DNA from: an uncultured bacterium
GTDB taxonomy: Bacteria > Patescibacteriota > Patescibacteriia > Patescibacteriales > UBA12465
Reading direction: 5' to 3'
Length of the DNA stretch: 46,619 nt
Assembly: GCA_903874345.1 (NCBI GenBank)
Contig: CAIQRY010000044.1
Span: forward strand, 1 to 46,619
The translations under genes were made by a program, and so were the position numbers. The notes beneath the pieces were generated by a model, which was given only the letters and a program-made list of their open reading frames with translations, ran no database searches and was not told the DNA's origin. Shown here piece by piece: positions 17,798 to 27,611 of this stretch (its first letter is position 1; every line of letters begins with the position of its first letter).

Positions 17798-18530
17798 GAA
17801 TCAAGATTATTTAATTATTGATAAACCCGCCGGTCTCGCTGTTCATGGCGGCGGGAATATTAAAGAGGCAACTTTAGCCGACTGGCTGATTAGCTGCTAT
17901 CCCGCCATAATCAAAGTCGGTGACGACCCTAGTCGGCCCGGCATTGTTCATCGGCTCGACAAAGACGTCAGCGGTCTAATGGTTATTGCTAAAAACCAAG
18001 CTACTTTTGATTGCTTAAAGGATCAATTTAAAGATCGTGAAATCAATAAAGAGTATATCGCTTTAGTTCATGGCGCTTTAGCGCGGGATCATGGTGAAAT
18101 AAACTTCCCGATTAAACGTTCGAGCTCTGGTTTTAAAATGGCCGCCCTCCCTTTAAACGCCGCTGATCTTTTAAACCGCCCCCATCCTCGTGGCCGTGAC
18201 CAAGGCAATATGGCCGGCGTTTTTAAATCGCGCGAGGCCCTAACCGAATTTCAGGTTATCCAAAAGTTTATCAACTATACTTTAGTGCGCGTTAAAATTA
18301 AAACGGGGAGAACGCATCAAATTCGCGTTCATTTCTTTGCTTTAGGTCACCCGCTCGTGGGCGATGATTTATACGCCACGCCAAAAACCAAGGTTAAAAA
18401 CAAAAAACTAGCCCTGGGAAGAGTCTTTTTAATGGCCAACCTACTCTCATTTATTGATAAAGACGGTCAAAAACAAAGTTTTTCCCTGGAGTTACCAAGC
18501 GACTTAAAAGCCTTCTTACCCCGTAATTAA
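17775..18530 (+). CDS. RluA-family pseudouridine synthase (no S4 domain)
   Basis: DKPAGLAVH, HRLDKDVSG, TGRTHQIRVH, GHPLVGD; likely start is ATG 17775. Confidence 0.93.
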   Translation: MTPRIIFENQDYLIIDKPAGLAVHGGGNIKEATLADWLISCYPAIIKVGDDPSRPGIVHRLDKDVSGLMVIAKNQATFDCLKDQFKDREINKEYIALVHGALARDHGEINFPIKRSSSGFKMAALPLNAADLLNRPHPRGRDQGNMAGVFKSREALTEFQVIQKFINYTLVRVKIKTGRTHQIRVHFFALGHPLVGDDLYATPKTKVKNKKLALGRVFLMANLLSFIDKDGQKQSFSLELPSDLKAFLPRN

Positions 18531-18572
18531 AAACCGTAAAATCCAGCTATTTGGTTAGGGCGCCCTTATTTT

Positions 18573-18601
18573 TTGACGCCCTTCTGGTTTTTTACTATAA
18601 T
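18573..18601 (+). promoter_or_regulatory. sigma70 promoter for the 18646 ORF
   Basis: TTGACG-17 nt-TATAAT. Confidence 0.75.
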
Positions 18602-18645
18602 ATAGAACAGTCGATTTAAAAAATTTAAATAAATTTCATAACCCT

Positions 18646-19665
18646 ATGAAGAAAATTATTCATCATTTAAAAACTCGCGAGGGGTTTTTGCGTATTGTTT
18701 TACCGATCATTTTAGTGATCGTCTTGATTTTGGTTGTTGCCTTCTCCCTTAACCATTCGAAAAAATTAAATCCGAATGAAGCGAAGACTAAGGCGGAAAC
18801 TTTCGTCAATACTTATTTGATGCAATCCGGCCAAAAAGCGACTATTAAAAATGTCGTTAAAGAATACGGCTTATATAAAATGACGATTGACATCACCTCT
18901 GGCGAAGTCGAATCTTATTTGACTCGCGATGGAAAATTATTCTTTCCGCAGGCTTTAGATATTGCAAAAATTTCTCAAGGCAAAGCAGCGACCACTGATA
19001 CAAAAGCCAACGCGGCCGCGGCTACGCCGAGCGCCACGGTATCAACTAAAAACAGCAAACCGAGCGTCGAACTCTTTGTGATGAGTTATTGCCCTTACGG
19101 CACGCAGATTGAAAAAGGCATCTTGCCCGTCTTAGCGGCCTTAGGAAATAAAATCGACTTTCAATTAAAATTTGTTGACTATTCCATGCATGGCCAAAAA
19201 GAATTATCTGAAAACTTAACTCAATATTGTATTGAAAAGGAACAGACCGCTAAATTACAGGATTACTTAAAATGTTTCTTGGTGGGTAGCGATTCCGCGA
19301 CTTGTCTTAGCCAAACTGGAGTTAACACTAGTAAATTAGCTACTTGCGTTTCCAAGACCGATAAACAATTTAAGATCACAGAAAATGCGACTAATAATGT
19401 TGGCTACCAAGGCAGTTACCCGGGCTTCGATATTAACAAAACTGATAATCAAAAATATAATGTTGGCGGTTCTCCGACTTTGGTTATCAACGGTCAACAA
19501 ATTGATGCCGCGCGCGATTCCGCTTCTCTCTTGAAGACTATCTGCAGCGCTTTCACAACCACACCGAGCGAATGCAACGCAACCCTGTCTAGCGCTTCTC
19601 CAGCTCCTGGTTTCGGGACTGGGACAGCGGCAAGTGGCAGCGGCGCGGCTGGTTGCGGACAATAA
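18646..19665 (+). CDS. membrane-anchored thioredoxin-fold (DsbA/DsbC-like) protein
   Basis: N-terminal TM helix, DsbC-N-like YLTRDGKLFFP, ELFVMSYCPYG, cis-Pro loop VGGSPTLVING. Confidence 0.8.
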   Translation: MKKIIHHLKTREGFLRIVLPIILVIVLILVVAFSLNHSKKLNPNEAKTKAETFVNTYLMQSGQKATIKNVVKEYGLYKMTIDITSGEVESYLTRDGKLFFPQALDIAKISQGKAATTDTKANAAAATPSATVSTKNSKPSVELFVMSYCPYGTQIEKGILPVLAALGNKIDFQLKFVDYSMHGQKELSENLTQYCIEKEQTAKLQDYLKCFLVGSDSATCLSQTGVNTSKLATCVSKTDKQFKITENATNNVGYQGSYPGFDINKTDNQKYNVGGSPTLVINGQQIDAARDSASLLKTICSAFTTTPSECNATLSSASPAPGFGTGTAASGSGAAGCGQ

Positions 19666-19684
19666 AAATAACCTGATATTAGAT

Positions 19685-19715
19685 AAAAAAGACGAGTCTA
19701 TCGGCTCGTCTTTTT
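19685..19715 (+). terminator. intrinsic terminator
   Basis: GACGAGTC-TATC-GGCTCGTC followed by TTTTT. Confidence 0.8.
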
Positions 19716-19831
19716 ATATCATATATATAGGCCTCAAAACTATTGACTTTTTAAGACAAAAATAGTAATGTTTTGAGAACCCTAAAATAAGGGAAATTAA
19801 CCTGATCATTAACAATCAAAACATATACCTT

Positions 19832-20575
19832 ATGAGAGATCTAAAAGTCCAGGAATGCCTGGAAGTATTTAAAAATGGAATATCCGCCAAGATGGCTGGA
19901 GACGGCCCGGGGTGGCTTAAGCGCTACTTTAAATTATCTGACCCATTTCTTCTGGAATCATGGCTAAGCGGCAAAAAAATACCGACCGGCCTGAACATGA
20001 TTAAAATGGCATACTATCTCCACAGAAATTCGTTTCCTGTGGTCGAATTAGCCTCCGCTACGCCGACTATCATACTAGTAATCAAAATACTGGCTAATGA
20101 TATTGCGACCCCCCGAGAGGCAACCGATGCTGTTGGTTATAAGGAAGAGTCTGATCTTTATAAAGTTCTGCTCGGCAAAAGAGGTTATTCTGACAAAGCT
20201 TATAACGCTATGCAGCTTTTTATTAAGCAATATTCTTCTAAAATTGCTCCGTCAGAAATGATGGGTATTCCTACTCATGATACTTCTACCGCTCTACCAA
20301 CGACCCCTTGCCCTAACCAGGATCAACTAACCATCGACCTGCTCCATACTATCGGCAGTATCGGCGTCTGTCTGGAACCACTCTTAAAAAAATTAACCGA
20401 GTCTACTCCCGAGGAAAGGCAAAATTTTCGCACTTCCTTAGGTACGGATGAACGCGGTTTGTTTCAGATGTCCAATGCCTTCTACCGGGTAGCCGGATTA
20501 ATGAACGCTCTGTGCAGTGAAAAAAGTTTAGGAAATTTCATAAGTAAAACCAAAAAACCAGATAACCATGCATGA
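19832..20575 (+). CDS. hypothetical protein with two XRE/Cro-like HTH motifs
   Basis: LLESWLSGKKIP and EATDAVGYKEESDLYKVLLGKRG; overlaps the next gene by 8 nt (ATGCATGA). Confidence 0.7.
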   Translation: MRDLKVQECLEVFKNGISAKMAGDGPGWLKRYFKLSDPFLLESWLSGKKIPTGLNMIKMAYYLHRNSFPVVELASATPTIILVIKILANDIATPREATDAVGYKEESDLYKVLLGKRGYSDKAYNAMQLFIKQYSSKIAPSEMMGIPTHDTSTALPTTPCPNQDQLTIDLLHTIGSIGVCLEPLLKKLTESTPEERQNFRTSLGTDERGLFQMSNAFYRVAGLMNALCSEKSLGNFISKTKKPDNHA

Positions 20576-22256
20576 ACTAACCATGAACTTCCATGCCGGC
20601 AATGCCTTACGAAACATTGCTGATAATTACCCAACTCTCAGTAAGGTTGTGCTCGAATCCATTCAAAACTCAATTGACTCCGGCGCCACCTTCATCAGTG
20701 TGTTCATTAACTATTTTGAGCGCGTTATAATTATCAATGACAATGGCTGCGGCATAAGCCCCTCTAAGATGGAGTCGGCTATGAAATCAATCTGCGAATC
20801 CAACAAGAAAGTGGGTTGCTTAGGTCAATTCGGAATCGGCTTGATGGCGCCCCTGGGTAAATGTGAAGAGTTTTTTATTACTTCTTCGCCGCGCCCGGGA
20901 CATAATGGCTATCACCGTTGGCATTTCGACTGCGAAAAGATTTTGGAAAGCAGCGAACTATCGAGAATTCCCGAGGAACCATTACCGGATTTTATCTTTA
21001 GCCAAACCGGGAGAGGTGCGCCTAATAGCCGCCCCGTTGACTGGCGGACTCAGGTAAAAATCAGGAAGTTCACCAAGGACAAGAGCATTAATAATATTAT
21101 TGTCTCCGATCTCCAGTCCCTGGTTCTCAATCAATTCTCCGAACCAATGAAAAAGCTGGGGACGAAAGTTAAAATTACCGCTCGCCGTAGCAAAGACAAG
21201 GATCACGACGAAAGCATCGCTTTCGTTGCCGCTGACTTTCAAGGCGAAAAGTTGCCCCCGATTATTTACGATGAGAATAAGCCAAGCCAGACCACTTTTC
21301 GTCTTTATCTCTCCCCTAAAACTACCCGGGGGCGTAAAGGTTTCATCCGGGTTGGTGTTGAAAACGACGCCTTTCGAATTCCAATGACGACGCTTGCAAA
21401 GTCAATCCGCGGCTTAGCCGAGGAAGAAACTTTATCCATTCTTCTTTCTGGAGCTTTTGAGGGCACCATCGACTCTCGCGCTTGTTCCTTACATACTAAC
21501 CGGAAGGAATTCCGGGAAAACGATGCCTTGATGACTTTTTGCCTGCACCTTAATTCCTGGGCGCAAAATCATGGCACCAAGCTCATCTTAAGTCTCAAAG
21601 ACGAACAACGCGATCTCCGTCTTCAGGCTGTCGGAGCTTATGTCTTGGTCAAAGTGGAAGAGGGCCTCATAGATATGCCCCACCTCCAGGGCCTGGTCAA
21701 AACTTTTAAAATCGGCACCATCGGTGTTGGTCATAAAGGCTTTGAAACAACAACTAAATTACAAGATTTCCCGACTAAGGCTGTCCGCCATAATTCGTCG
21801 GAGCATCATTCAAGTGACTCGGAAAATCTGACTAGCCAAACTACTCCCAACCACGGTAGCGGACAAAGCCACCCCGGACATATGCCTCTTACGGTTTCTG
21901 GTCCCAATGGCAATAAACGCAAAGTCGTTAAAGGGCACAGCACCGGACTACAAATTGCCTACGAGGAACTTCCCGGTAACGATCATCACTGGGAAATCGA
22001 TCCAGAAAGCGGTACTATCACTTTTAACATTAGGAGTGATATCTGGGCAAAAATGGAGCCCGTCGACAGAAATTTGATTCTGTATTTGCAATACTGCGTT
22101 ATCAAGGCCCTTGAGATGCTTCTCGAGCCCCCTGTTTCCCGAAACGCCCTTTATGAATTCCTGCAGCGGGAACTCAAAACAGCGGCCATGTTCATTATCC
22201 AGACTTGTTCTTTACAACCGCGGAAAGCCAAGGTTGAAGTCGGCAAACGACTGTAA
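20568..22256 (+). CDS. GHKL (MORC/Hsp90-like) ATPase
   Basis: N-box LESIQNSIDSGA, G1 INDNGCGIS, G2 LGQFGIGL, followed by an S5-like domain. Confidence 0.88.
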   Translation: MHELTMNFHAGNALRNIADNYPTLSKVVLESIQNSIDSGATFISVFINYFERVIIINDNGCGISPSKMESAMKSICESNKKVGCLGQFGIGLMAPLGKCEEFFITSSPRPGHNGYHRWHFDCEKILESSELSRIPEEPLPDFIFSQTGRGAPNSRPVDWRTQVKIRKFTKDKSINNIIVSDLQSLVLNQFSEPMKKLGTKVKITARRSKDKDHDESIAFVAADFQGEKLPPIIYDENKPSQTTFRLYLSPKTTRGRKGFIRVGVENDAFRIPMTTLAKSIRGLAEEETLSILLSGAFEGTIDSRACSLHTNRKEFRENDALMTFCLHLNSWAQNHGTKLILSLKDEQRDLRLQAVGAYVLVKVEEGLIDMPHLQGLVKTFKIGTIGVGHKGFETTTKLQDFPTKAVRHNSSEHHSSDSENLTSQTTPNHGSGQSHPGHMPLTVSGPNGNKRKVVKGHSTGLQIAYEELPGNDHHWEIDPESGTITFNIRSDIWAKMEPVDRNLILYLQYCVIKALEMLLEPPVSRNALYEFLQRELKTAAMFIIQTCSLQPRKAKVEVGKRL

Positions 22257-22275
22257 CCCTGGAAGCTCAATATAC

Positions 22276-22304
22276 AAAAGGTCGGTCTTATAACCGGCCT
22301 TTTT
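22276..22304. terminator. bidirectional terminator
   Basis: AAAAGGTCGGT-loop-ACCGGCCTTTTT between convergent operons. Confidence 0.75.
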
Positions 22305-22333
22305 AATTTGTCTTTTATTATATGCTAACTCCT

Positions 22334-23560
22334 TTAGATTCTTCCGCGCAACTTCTCCGCCGCCAAAACTCTTTTGACAGCTAAAATATAAGCGGCCTGT
22401 CTAAGAGTAACCGAACCATTCTTCTCTTGATACTTTTCATAGACACGCGTCCAATTTTTTTTCATTTTCTGATCAAGTAGGTTGCGAAGGTATTCTTCGT
22501 CTAAAATCTGCCCCGTGCGGTTTTGCGCCCATTCAAAGTAGCTAACAATGACACCGCCGGAGTTGGCTAAAATATCAGGCACGACAAGCTTTTTATTTTG
22601 CGCCAAAATTTTATCCGCGGCGTAGGTTATCGGCCCATTTGCGAGCTCGACTAAATAGTCGGCTTTAATATTTGCCGCGTTCTGCTCCGTAATCTGATTT
22701 TCTAAAGCCGCTAAAACTAAAATATCCGTTTTTAATTCTAATAACTCAGCGTTCGTCACTTTTTTCCCTTCACTCCAATCGCCAACTGCTTGTCCACTAT
22801 TTTTAAAAGCCGCTAATTTATCAATCGCTAAACCGGCTTCTTGATAAATCCCGCCGCGGCTGTCGGAAACGGCGATAACCTTAAAGCCATCATGATATAA
22901 TTTCTCGGCCATGAATAAGCCGGCATTACCGAAACCTTGGACAATAATACTAATCTCTTTCTTGGCGCTTAAAAATTTACTGATCATTTCTTTGGTCACG
23001 AGATAACCACCTTGCGCCGTCGCGTCGCCTCTTAAAGCGATACCGCCGACTTCCAATGGTTTACCAGTAATCATACCCGGTTCGTGATGCCCAACTTTCT
23101 TCTCAAATTCATCAAGCATCCAAGCCATAATCTGCCCGTTCGTATAAACATCGGGCGCCGGGACATCTTTGTCTTGGCCTAGATATTCATAAAACTGATC
23201 AATAAACTCGCGGCTGACCTTTTCTAATTCTTTTTTATCCGCTACCTTCGGGTCGAATTTAACTCCGCCCTTGGCTCCGCCGTAGGGAATATCCGCTAAG
23301 GAGTTTTTTAAGGTCATCCAAAAAGCTAATGATTTTACTTCATCTTCCGAAACTTCCGGATGAAAACGAATGCCGCCTTTGCCCGGACCGAGCGCGCGGT
23401 TATAAACGATGCGCCAGGCTGGATATTTTTTTCCATTAATGTCTAAATCCGCATACTTAACTTGGACTGGCTCTTTTAAAACCGCCATATCCGCGTCGCT
23501 AATGTTTTCTAGGATTTGAATTTCTTGTAAACGCTGTAAATTATCTTCAAAAATACTCAT
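22334..23560 (-). CDS. gdhA: glutamate dehydrogenase (Glu/Leu/Phe/Val family)
   Basis: GPGKGGIRFHP, YGGAKGG, DVPAPD, QGFGNAG, PDILANSGGVIVSYFEW. Confidence 0.93.
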   Translation of the reverse strand: MSIFEDNLQRLQEIQILENISDADMAVLKEPVQVKYADLDINGKKYPAWRIVYNRALGPGKGGIRFHPEVSEDEVKSLAFWMTLKNSLADIPYGGAKGGVKFDPKVADKKELEKVSREFIDQFYEYLGQDKDVPAPDVYTNGQIMAWMLDEFEKKVGHHEPGMITGKPLEVGGIALRGDATAQGGYLVTKEMISKFLSAKKEISIIVQGFGNAGLFMAEKLYHDGFKVIAVSDSRGGIYQEAGLAIDKLAAFKNSGQAVGDWSEGKKVTNAELLELKTDILVLAALENQITEQNAANIKADYLVELANGPITYAADKILAQNKKLVVPDILANSGGVIVSYFEWAQNRTGQILDEEYLRNLLDQKMKKNWTRVYEKYQEKNGSVTLRQAAYILAVKRVLAAEKLRGRI

Positions 23561-23564
23561 ATTA

Positions 23565-23897
23565 TTATTTAATTAAATTTTCAATTTCTCCTTTTAAGGA
23601 TTCTTTATTTCTAAGACCAATAAATTCGCCAATCATTTTCCCGTCCTTAAATAATTTCATATTCGGGATGCTTTGAATCTGATATTCCTCCGCTAAGTTG
23701 CCGCTCGTCGGCGCTTCCGTGTCGACTTTAGCAATCTTAATTTGGCCGGCCAGTTCAACGGCTAGTTCATCTAAAATCGGGGCCATCATCTGACAGGGCA
23801 TACACCAGGTCGCCCAAAAATCAACTAAAACCGGTAAGTCACTATTTAAGACTTCGGCCGCAAAATTATCTTTGTTTAATTCTAACGCTTGAGACAT
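23565..23897 (-). CDS. trxA: thioredoxin
   Basis: VLVDFWATWCMPC, IQSIP. Confidence 0.93.
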   Translation of the reverse strand: MSQALELNKDNFAAEVLNSDLPVLVDFWATWCMPCQMMAPILDELAVELAGQIKIAKVDTEAPTSGNLAEEYQIQSIPNMKLFKDGKMIGEFIGLRNKESLKGEIENLIK

Positions 23898-23907
23898 ACT
23901 TTTAATT

Positions 23908-24156
23908 TTAATTTTTATTATTTATTACTTCTTTAAAAATTTTTTCAATCTTCTCTTTCTCGGTTATTCTCTTATCAAGAAGACAATGACTAAATTCTTC
24001 GGCAATAATTTTTTCCATAAGAGATGACATTGCCGACTTAACAGCTTTAAGTTGAATAATTAAAGAAAAACAATCTCGCTTCTCTTCGGCGAGCATTTTT
24101 TTTGCTCCTTCCAGTTGTCCAATAATATTATTGATTCTTTGCTCCGTGGTTTTCAT
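23908..24156 (-). CDS. CsoR/RcnR/CstR-family repressor
   Basis: RINNIIGQLEG..KM....C...IQLKAVKSA...C. Confidence 0.9.
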   Translation of the reverse strand: MKTTEQRINNIIGQLEGAKKMLAEEKRDCFSLIIQLKAVKSAMSSLMEKIIAEEFSHCLLDKRITEKEKIEKIFKEVINNKN

Positions 24157-24164
24157 ATACGACT

Positions 24165-24194
24165 ATTATATCGTATACCCCCTAGGGGTGTCAA
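24165..24194 (-). promoter_or_regulatory. consensus promoter with a CsoR-family operator in the spacer
   Basis: TTGACA-18 nt-TATAAT; ATACCCCCTAGGGGTGT G/C-tract pseudo-palindrome at about 24175..24191. Confidence 0.85.
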
Positions 24195-24222
24195 GGCATT
24201 AAGGCTAAACTAAAAAATTAAT

Positions 24223-24249
24223 AAAAAAGGGTCGATTTTATTCGACCCT
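24223..24249 (-). terminator. intrinsic terminator
   Basis: AGGGTCGA/TCGACCCT stem with a T-tract on the minus strand. Confidence 0.75.
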
Positions 24250-24278
24250 GTTCTTTAAGCTAACTATTTGCCTCTGGT

Positions 24279-25031
24279 TTACATCCATTTTTCAGCTTTA
24301 ACGAGGCAGACGCCAGCCTTATTTTGGCTACGCGCTTTTTCCGCCGTCATAAACGTGATTTTACCCTGGGCAATCCCCACGCAAATTTCTTCGCTATGAT
24401 CGTTCGTAAAGGTGGTGCTATAGAACAATGATGGATAGCTACCACCGTTCTCCTGACCAAGCATCAAAATATCCAAGAGAAGCTCAATGAGCAAATTAAA
24501 ATCCAGACGATAGCATTCCTTGGGGTGTTGTTCTTTTTGCGACGCCGCCGGTAAATTAGCGAGTGGATTTTCATAGCTGACCAGATACTTACCCGGCACT
24601 CCTTTCTGGTTGTTTTTACGATGACCACCCCAGTTATGACCGGGAAATTTTTTAGCCATCTCTTCAACGGAAAAACCATGCAAGGCAACTTCCTTAAAAT
24701 GAAAATTCGGGTCGCGGAAAGCCGGTTCTTTACTGCTCGGAGTATAGGTTTCAAGTTCTCTCTTGGGGCGGACTAATTCCGGGCCCCAAATTTTAAGCGT
24801 TTGCTCGTAAGTAATCGCTTTAAAATTTTTCAAAGTATGTTCAACGGCAGCGACATCAATAATGGTCTGACCGCTCTTTAAAATCTTATTCAACTCTTTC
24901 TTAGCCTTACGGTCCTTAACTCTTTCCAAAGATTGGATAATTGAGCTAAGCTTTTCGTTGTTTAAAGCACCGCTTGCAAACAAGGCTTCAAGTCGAACAA
25001 GCAATTCTGGTTTAATCAGTGTTTCTTCCAT
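24279..25031 (-). CDS. hypothetical protein, possible distant paralog of 2820..3614 (CLec-like C-terminus)
   Basis: 250 aa ATG ORF; GKYLVSYENP, LFYST, ICVG and GVCLVK segments. Confidence 0.65.
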   Translation of the reverse strand: MEETLIKPELLVRLEALFASGALNNEKLSSIIQSLERVKDRKAKKELNKILKSGQTIIDVAAVEHTLKNFKAITYEQTLKIWGPELVRPKRELETYTPSSKEPAFRDPNFHFKEVALHGFSVEEMAKKFPGHNWGGHRKNNQKGVPGKYLVSYENPLANLPAASQKEQHPKECYRLDFNLLIELLLDILMLGQENGGSYPSLFYSTTFTNDHSEEICVGIAQGKITFMTAEKARSQNKAGVCLVKAEKWM

Positions 25032-25065
25032 GGGGGGATAGTTTAAAATGGTAAGGTACTTATGT

Positions 25066-25770
25066 TTATTTGGTCCAAATAGCCCAAAAATTATAATGGT
25101 CTCTTTTCAAACTTATTAATTTTAAACCCGCTAAACGCCCGAGTTTCTTAAGTTCTTTCTTAGTAAAAGCATGATAATAACGCTCACTCGTGGCTTCGCC
25201 CTGCGCGTTCTTCCAGGGGAATAATAAATCATTAAAACCCAGCTTATTCCTTCCGATAATTTTAAGCCCGTAATTTTTAAAAAGCAAGGGGCGATGTTTC
25301 GGGCTCACCCAGAGATTCCAAGAGCTAAGAATAAGCCTCCCGGAGGTGTTTAAGGGCACGGCGAGTTGTCTTAAGGCTTCTATTCTTAACTCACGACTCG
25401 GAATATGCTGCAAAACCGCTAAACAAAAAACGTAATCATACGTACCGCTACTTATTTCTTTAACCGATTCTAATTTCAAAATATCAGCGACTAGAAATTT
25501 TTGCGTCGGATAATTTTGCGACGCTATTTTTACTAATTCCGCACTATTATCAAGGCCTAAATATTCAATTTTATTATCCGGCAAAACTTCCAAGAGCCGC
25601 CCATTACCGCAACCGACGTCTAAAACTCGACTGCCAGCGCTTACTTTTTCGGCCAGTTTTTTTATCTCCGGCCAGACTTCTTTTTTTCTGGTCAAATTAA
25701 AATCCGCCGCAATTTCCTGATAATTGCGTTTCACGAGGGCCAGTAATTCCGCGACGGTTTTTTGATCCAT
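25066..25770 (-). CDS. class I SAM methyltransferase, Trm9/ALKBH8-like
   Basis: YQEIAADFNLTR..VWP, VLDVGCGNGR, CLAVLQHIP, DLLFPW, RYYHAF. Confidence 0.85.
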   Translation of the reverse strand: MDQKTVAELLALVKRNYQEIAADFNLTRKKEVWPEIKKLAEKVSAGSRVLDVGCGNGRLLEVLPDNKIEYLGLDNSAELVKIASQNYPTQKFLVADILKLESVKEISSGTYDYVFCLAVLQHIPSRELRIEALRQLAVPLNTSGRLILSSWNLWVSPKHRPLLFKNYGLKIIGRNKLGFNDLLFPWKNAQGEATSERYYHAFTKKELKKLGRLAGLKLISLKRDHYNFWAIWTK

Positions 25771-25776
25771 AAGATG

Positions 25777-27555
25777 TTAGCCCAAGTATTCCTTATAACG
25801 ATAATCAGCTCCGCCCTTATCTTTCGTCCGCTTAAGTTTTAAGCAACCATCGCATTGCCCGCAGTCGGCCGGATGATGATCACCGAAATATTTCAAGATA
25901 TAGCCCTGACGGCAGCCGAGATGATAAACATAGTTTTCCATCTCATCAAGTTTCTCATAAGCCCGGGACGCTTTGGCTTTTAAGGCCTTAAAATCTAAAT
26001 TTAAATCTTCGGGCATGACTAATTTTAGAACCCTAATTTCCGTACCGCGAAAAGGCGGTTTATATTCGACTAAATCTTTTTCGGCTAATTTCTTAATCGC
26101 CCGAAGTAACGAATCTTTTTTTACTTTTAAAACAATGGCTACTTCCTCCGGATTAAATTCCCAACCTTTTACTAAATCATGATGATATTTCTCGCCAAGC
26201 TTCTCGACAATCTCAATCTGACTCTTGGCGCGCTTGCCTAAAGACGCGGCCACTTCCGCCCAATCTTTTTTTGTTTTTAAATAAGAATTCGAATTTTTTT
26301 CATTCGGCCGGCTGATATAACCCTCTTTTTCTAAAATTTTAAGCGCGGTACCAATGGCCATTTCCGGGACCGAATCCGATAAATTCTGAGCGATTTCGGC
26401 GTAAGTAATTAGAATGGACGCTTCCGGATCGATTTCCATTTCCGCTCGTCGCCGCAAAAAATCATAAATTTCTAGAATAATCGCCGGGTCTGGATTATCG
26501 CCTTTGATAAAAAACTCCCGCAAATAGCGATCTTGCTGATGATAGAATAATAAACAAAAACTTGGCTTCCCATCGCGCCCGGCGCGCCCCGCTTCCTGAT
26601 AATAAGCTTCAATTGTCCCCGGCAGATCAAAATGAATAACAAAACGAATATCTTTTTTATTAATTCCTAAACCGAAAGCGTTAGTCGCCACGACAACTTG
26701 CGCCCGCCCTTTCATAAACTGTTCCTGAACCCAATTGCGACTGTCCGTATCCATGCCGGCGTGATAAGCCACGGCTTTAATATCGTGATCGGTTAAGGCT
26801 TCCAAAATTTCGTCAGCCTTGGCTCGCGTCCCAACATAAATAATACCGGTGCCTAAATCTGGATTAGTCGTTAAGATATTTAAAACATTTTCTAGCTTCT
26901 GACCGTTACTCGCTGGCACAACCGCAAACTGCAAATTCGGACGAGCAAAACCAGTAATAACAATATCCGCTTCTTTTAGATTTAATTGTTTAATAATATC
27001 GTCGCGTACTTCCGGCGTGGCCGTGGCAGTTAAAGCCACAACGGTCGGTGAACCAACAAAACGAATCGCGTCCTTGAGTCTTAAATAACTCGGCCGGAAA
27101 TCATGACCCCATTGACTGATACAATGCGCTTCGTCAATCGCGAACAAAGAAACTTTGATGTTTTTTAATTCTTTAGTGAACAGTTGATTATAAAAACGTT
27201 CCGGCGCGATATAAACTATTTTATAAATTCCCTCTTTAATTTGTCCTAACCTTTTTTCCGTTTCCGCGGGCGAAATAGACGAATTAATAAAAGTGGCCGG
27301 GATGCCAACGTGTTCTAAAGAGTCAACCTGATCTTTCATGAGCGCAATGAGCGGCGAAATCACAATTGTCACGCCCTCAAGAATCAGAGCTGGTAATTGA
27401 TAAATTAATGACTTCCCGCCACCGGTGGGCAAAACCACAACTGTGTCTTGATGCCCTAAAATGTTATCAATTGCTCTTTCTTGCCCAGGCAAAAAAGATT
27501 CATATCCGAAATGAATCTTTAATAACTCCTTTAATTGTTGCTTTTTCGTAACCAT
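25777..27555 (-). CDS. recQ: RecQ-family DNA helicase (no HRDC domain)
   Basis: [42 protein letters not shown]-terminal CR...CGQCDGC Zn motif. Confidence 0.93.
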   Translation of the reverse strand: MVTKKQQLKELLKIHFGYESFLPGQERAIDNILGHQDTVVVLPTGGGKSLIYQLPALILEGVTIVISPLIALMKDQVDSLEHVGIPATFINSSISPAETEKRLGQIKEGIYKIVYIAPERFYNQLFTKELKNIKVSLFAIDEAHCISQWGHDFRPSYLRLKDAIRFVGSPTVVALTATATPEVRDDIIKQLNLKEADIVITGFARPNLQFAVVPASNGQKLENVLNILTTNPDLGTGIIYVGTRAKADEILEALTDHDIKAVAYHAGMDTDSRNWVQEQFMKGRAQVVVATNAFGLGINKKDIRFVIHFDLPGTIEAYYQEAGRAGRDGKPSFCLLFYHQQDRYLREFFIKGDNPDPAIILEIYDFLRRRAEMEIDPEASILITYAEIAQNLSDSVPEMAIGTALKILEKEGYISRPNEKNSNSYLKTKKDWAEVAASLGKRAKSQIEIVEKLGEKYHHDLVKGWEFNPEEVAIVLKVKKDSLLRAIKKLAEKDLVEYKPPFRGTEIRVLKLVMPEDLNLDFKALKAKASRAYEKLDEMENYVYHLGCRQGYILKYFGDHHPADCGQCDGCLKLKRTKDKGGADYRYKEYLG

Positions 27556-27611
27556 TGACTTATTTATAAGTATGTGGTATTATTACTTGAAACCCCAAAA
27601 ACCTGTCCTTT

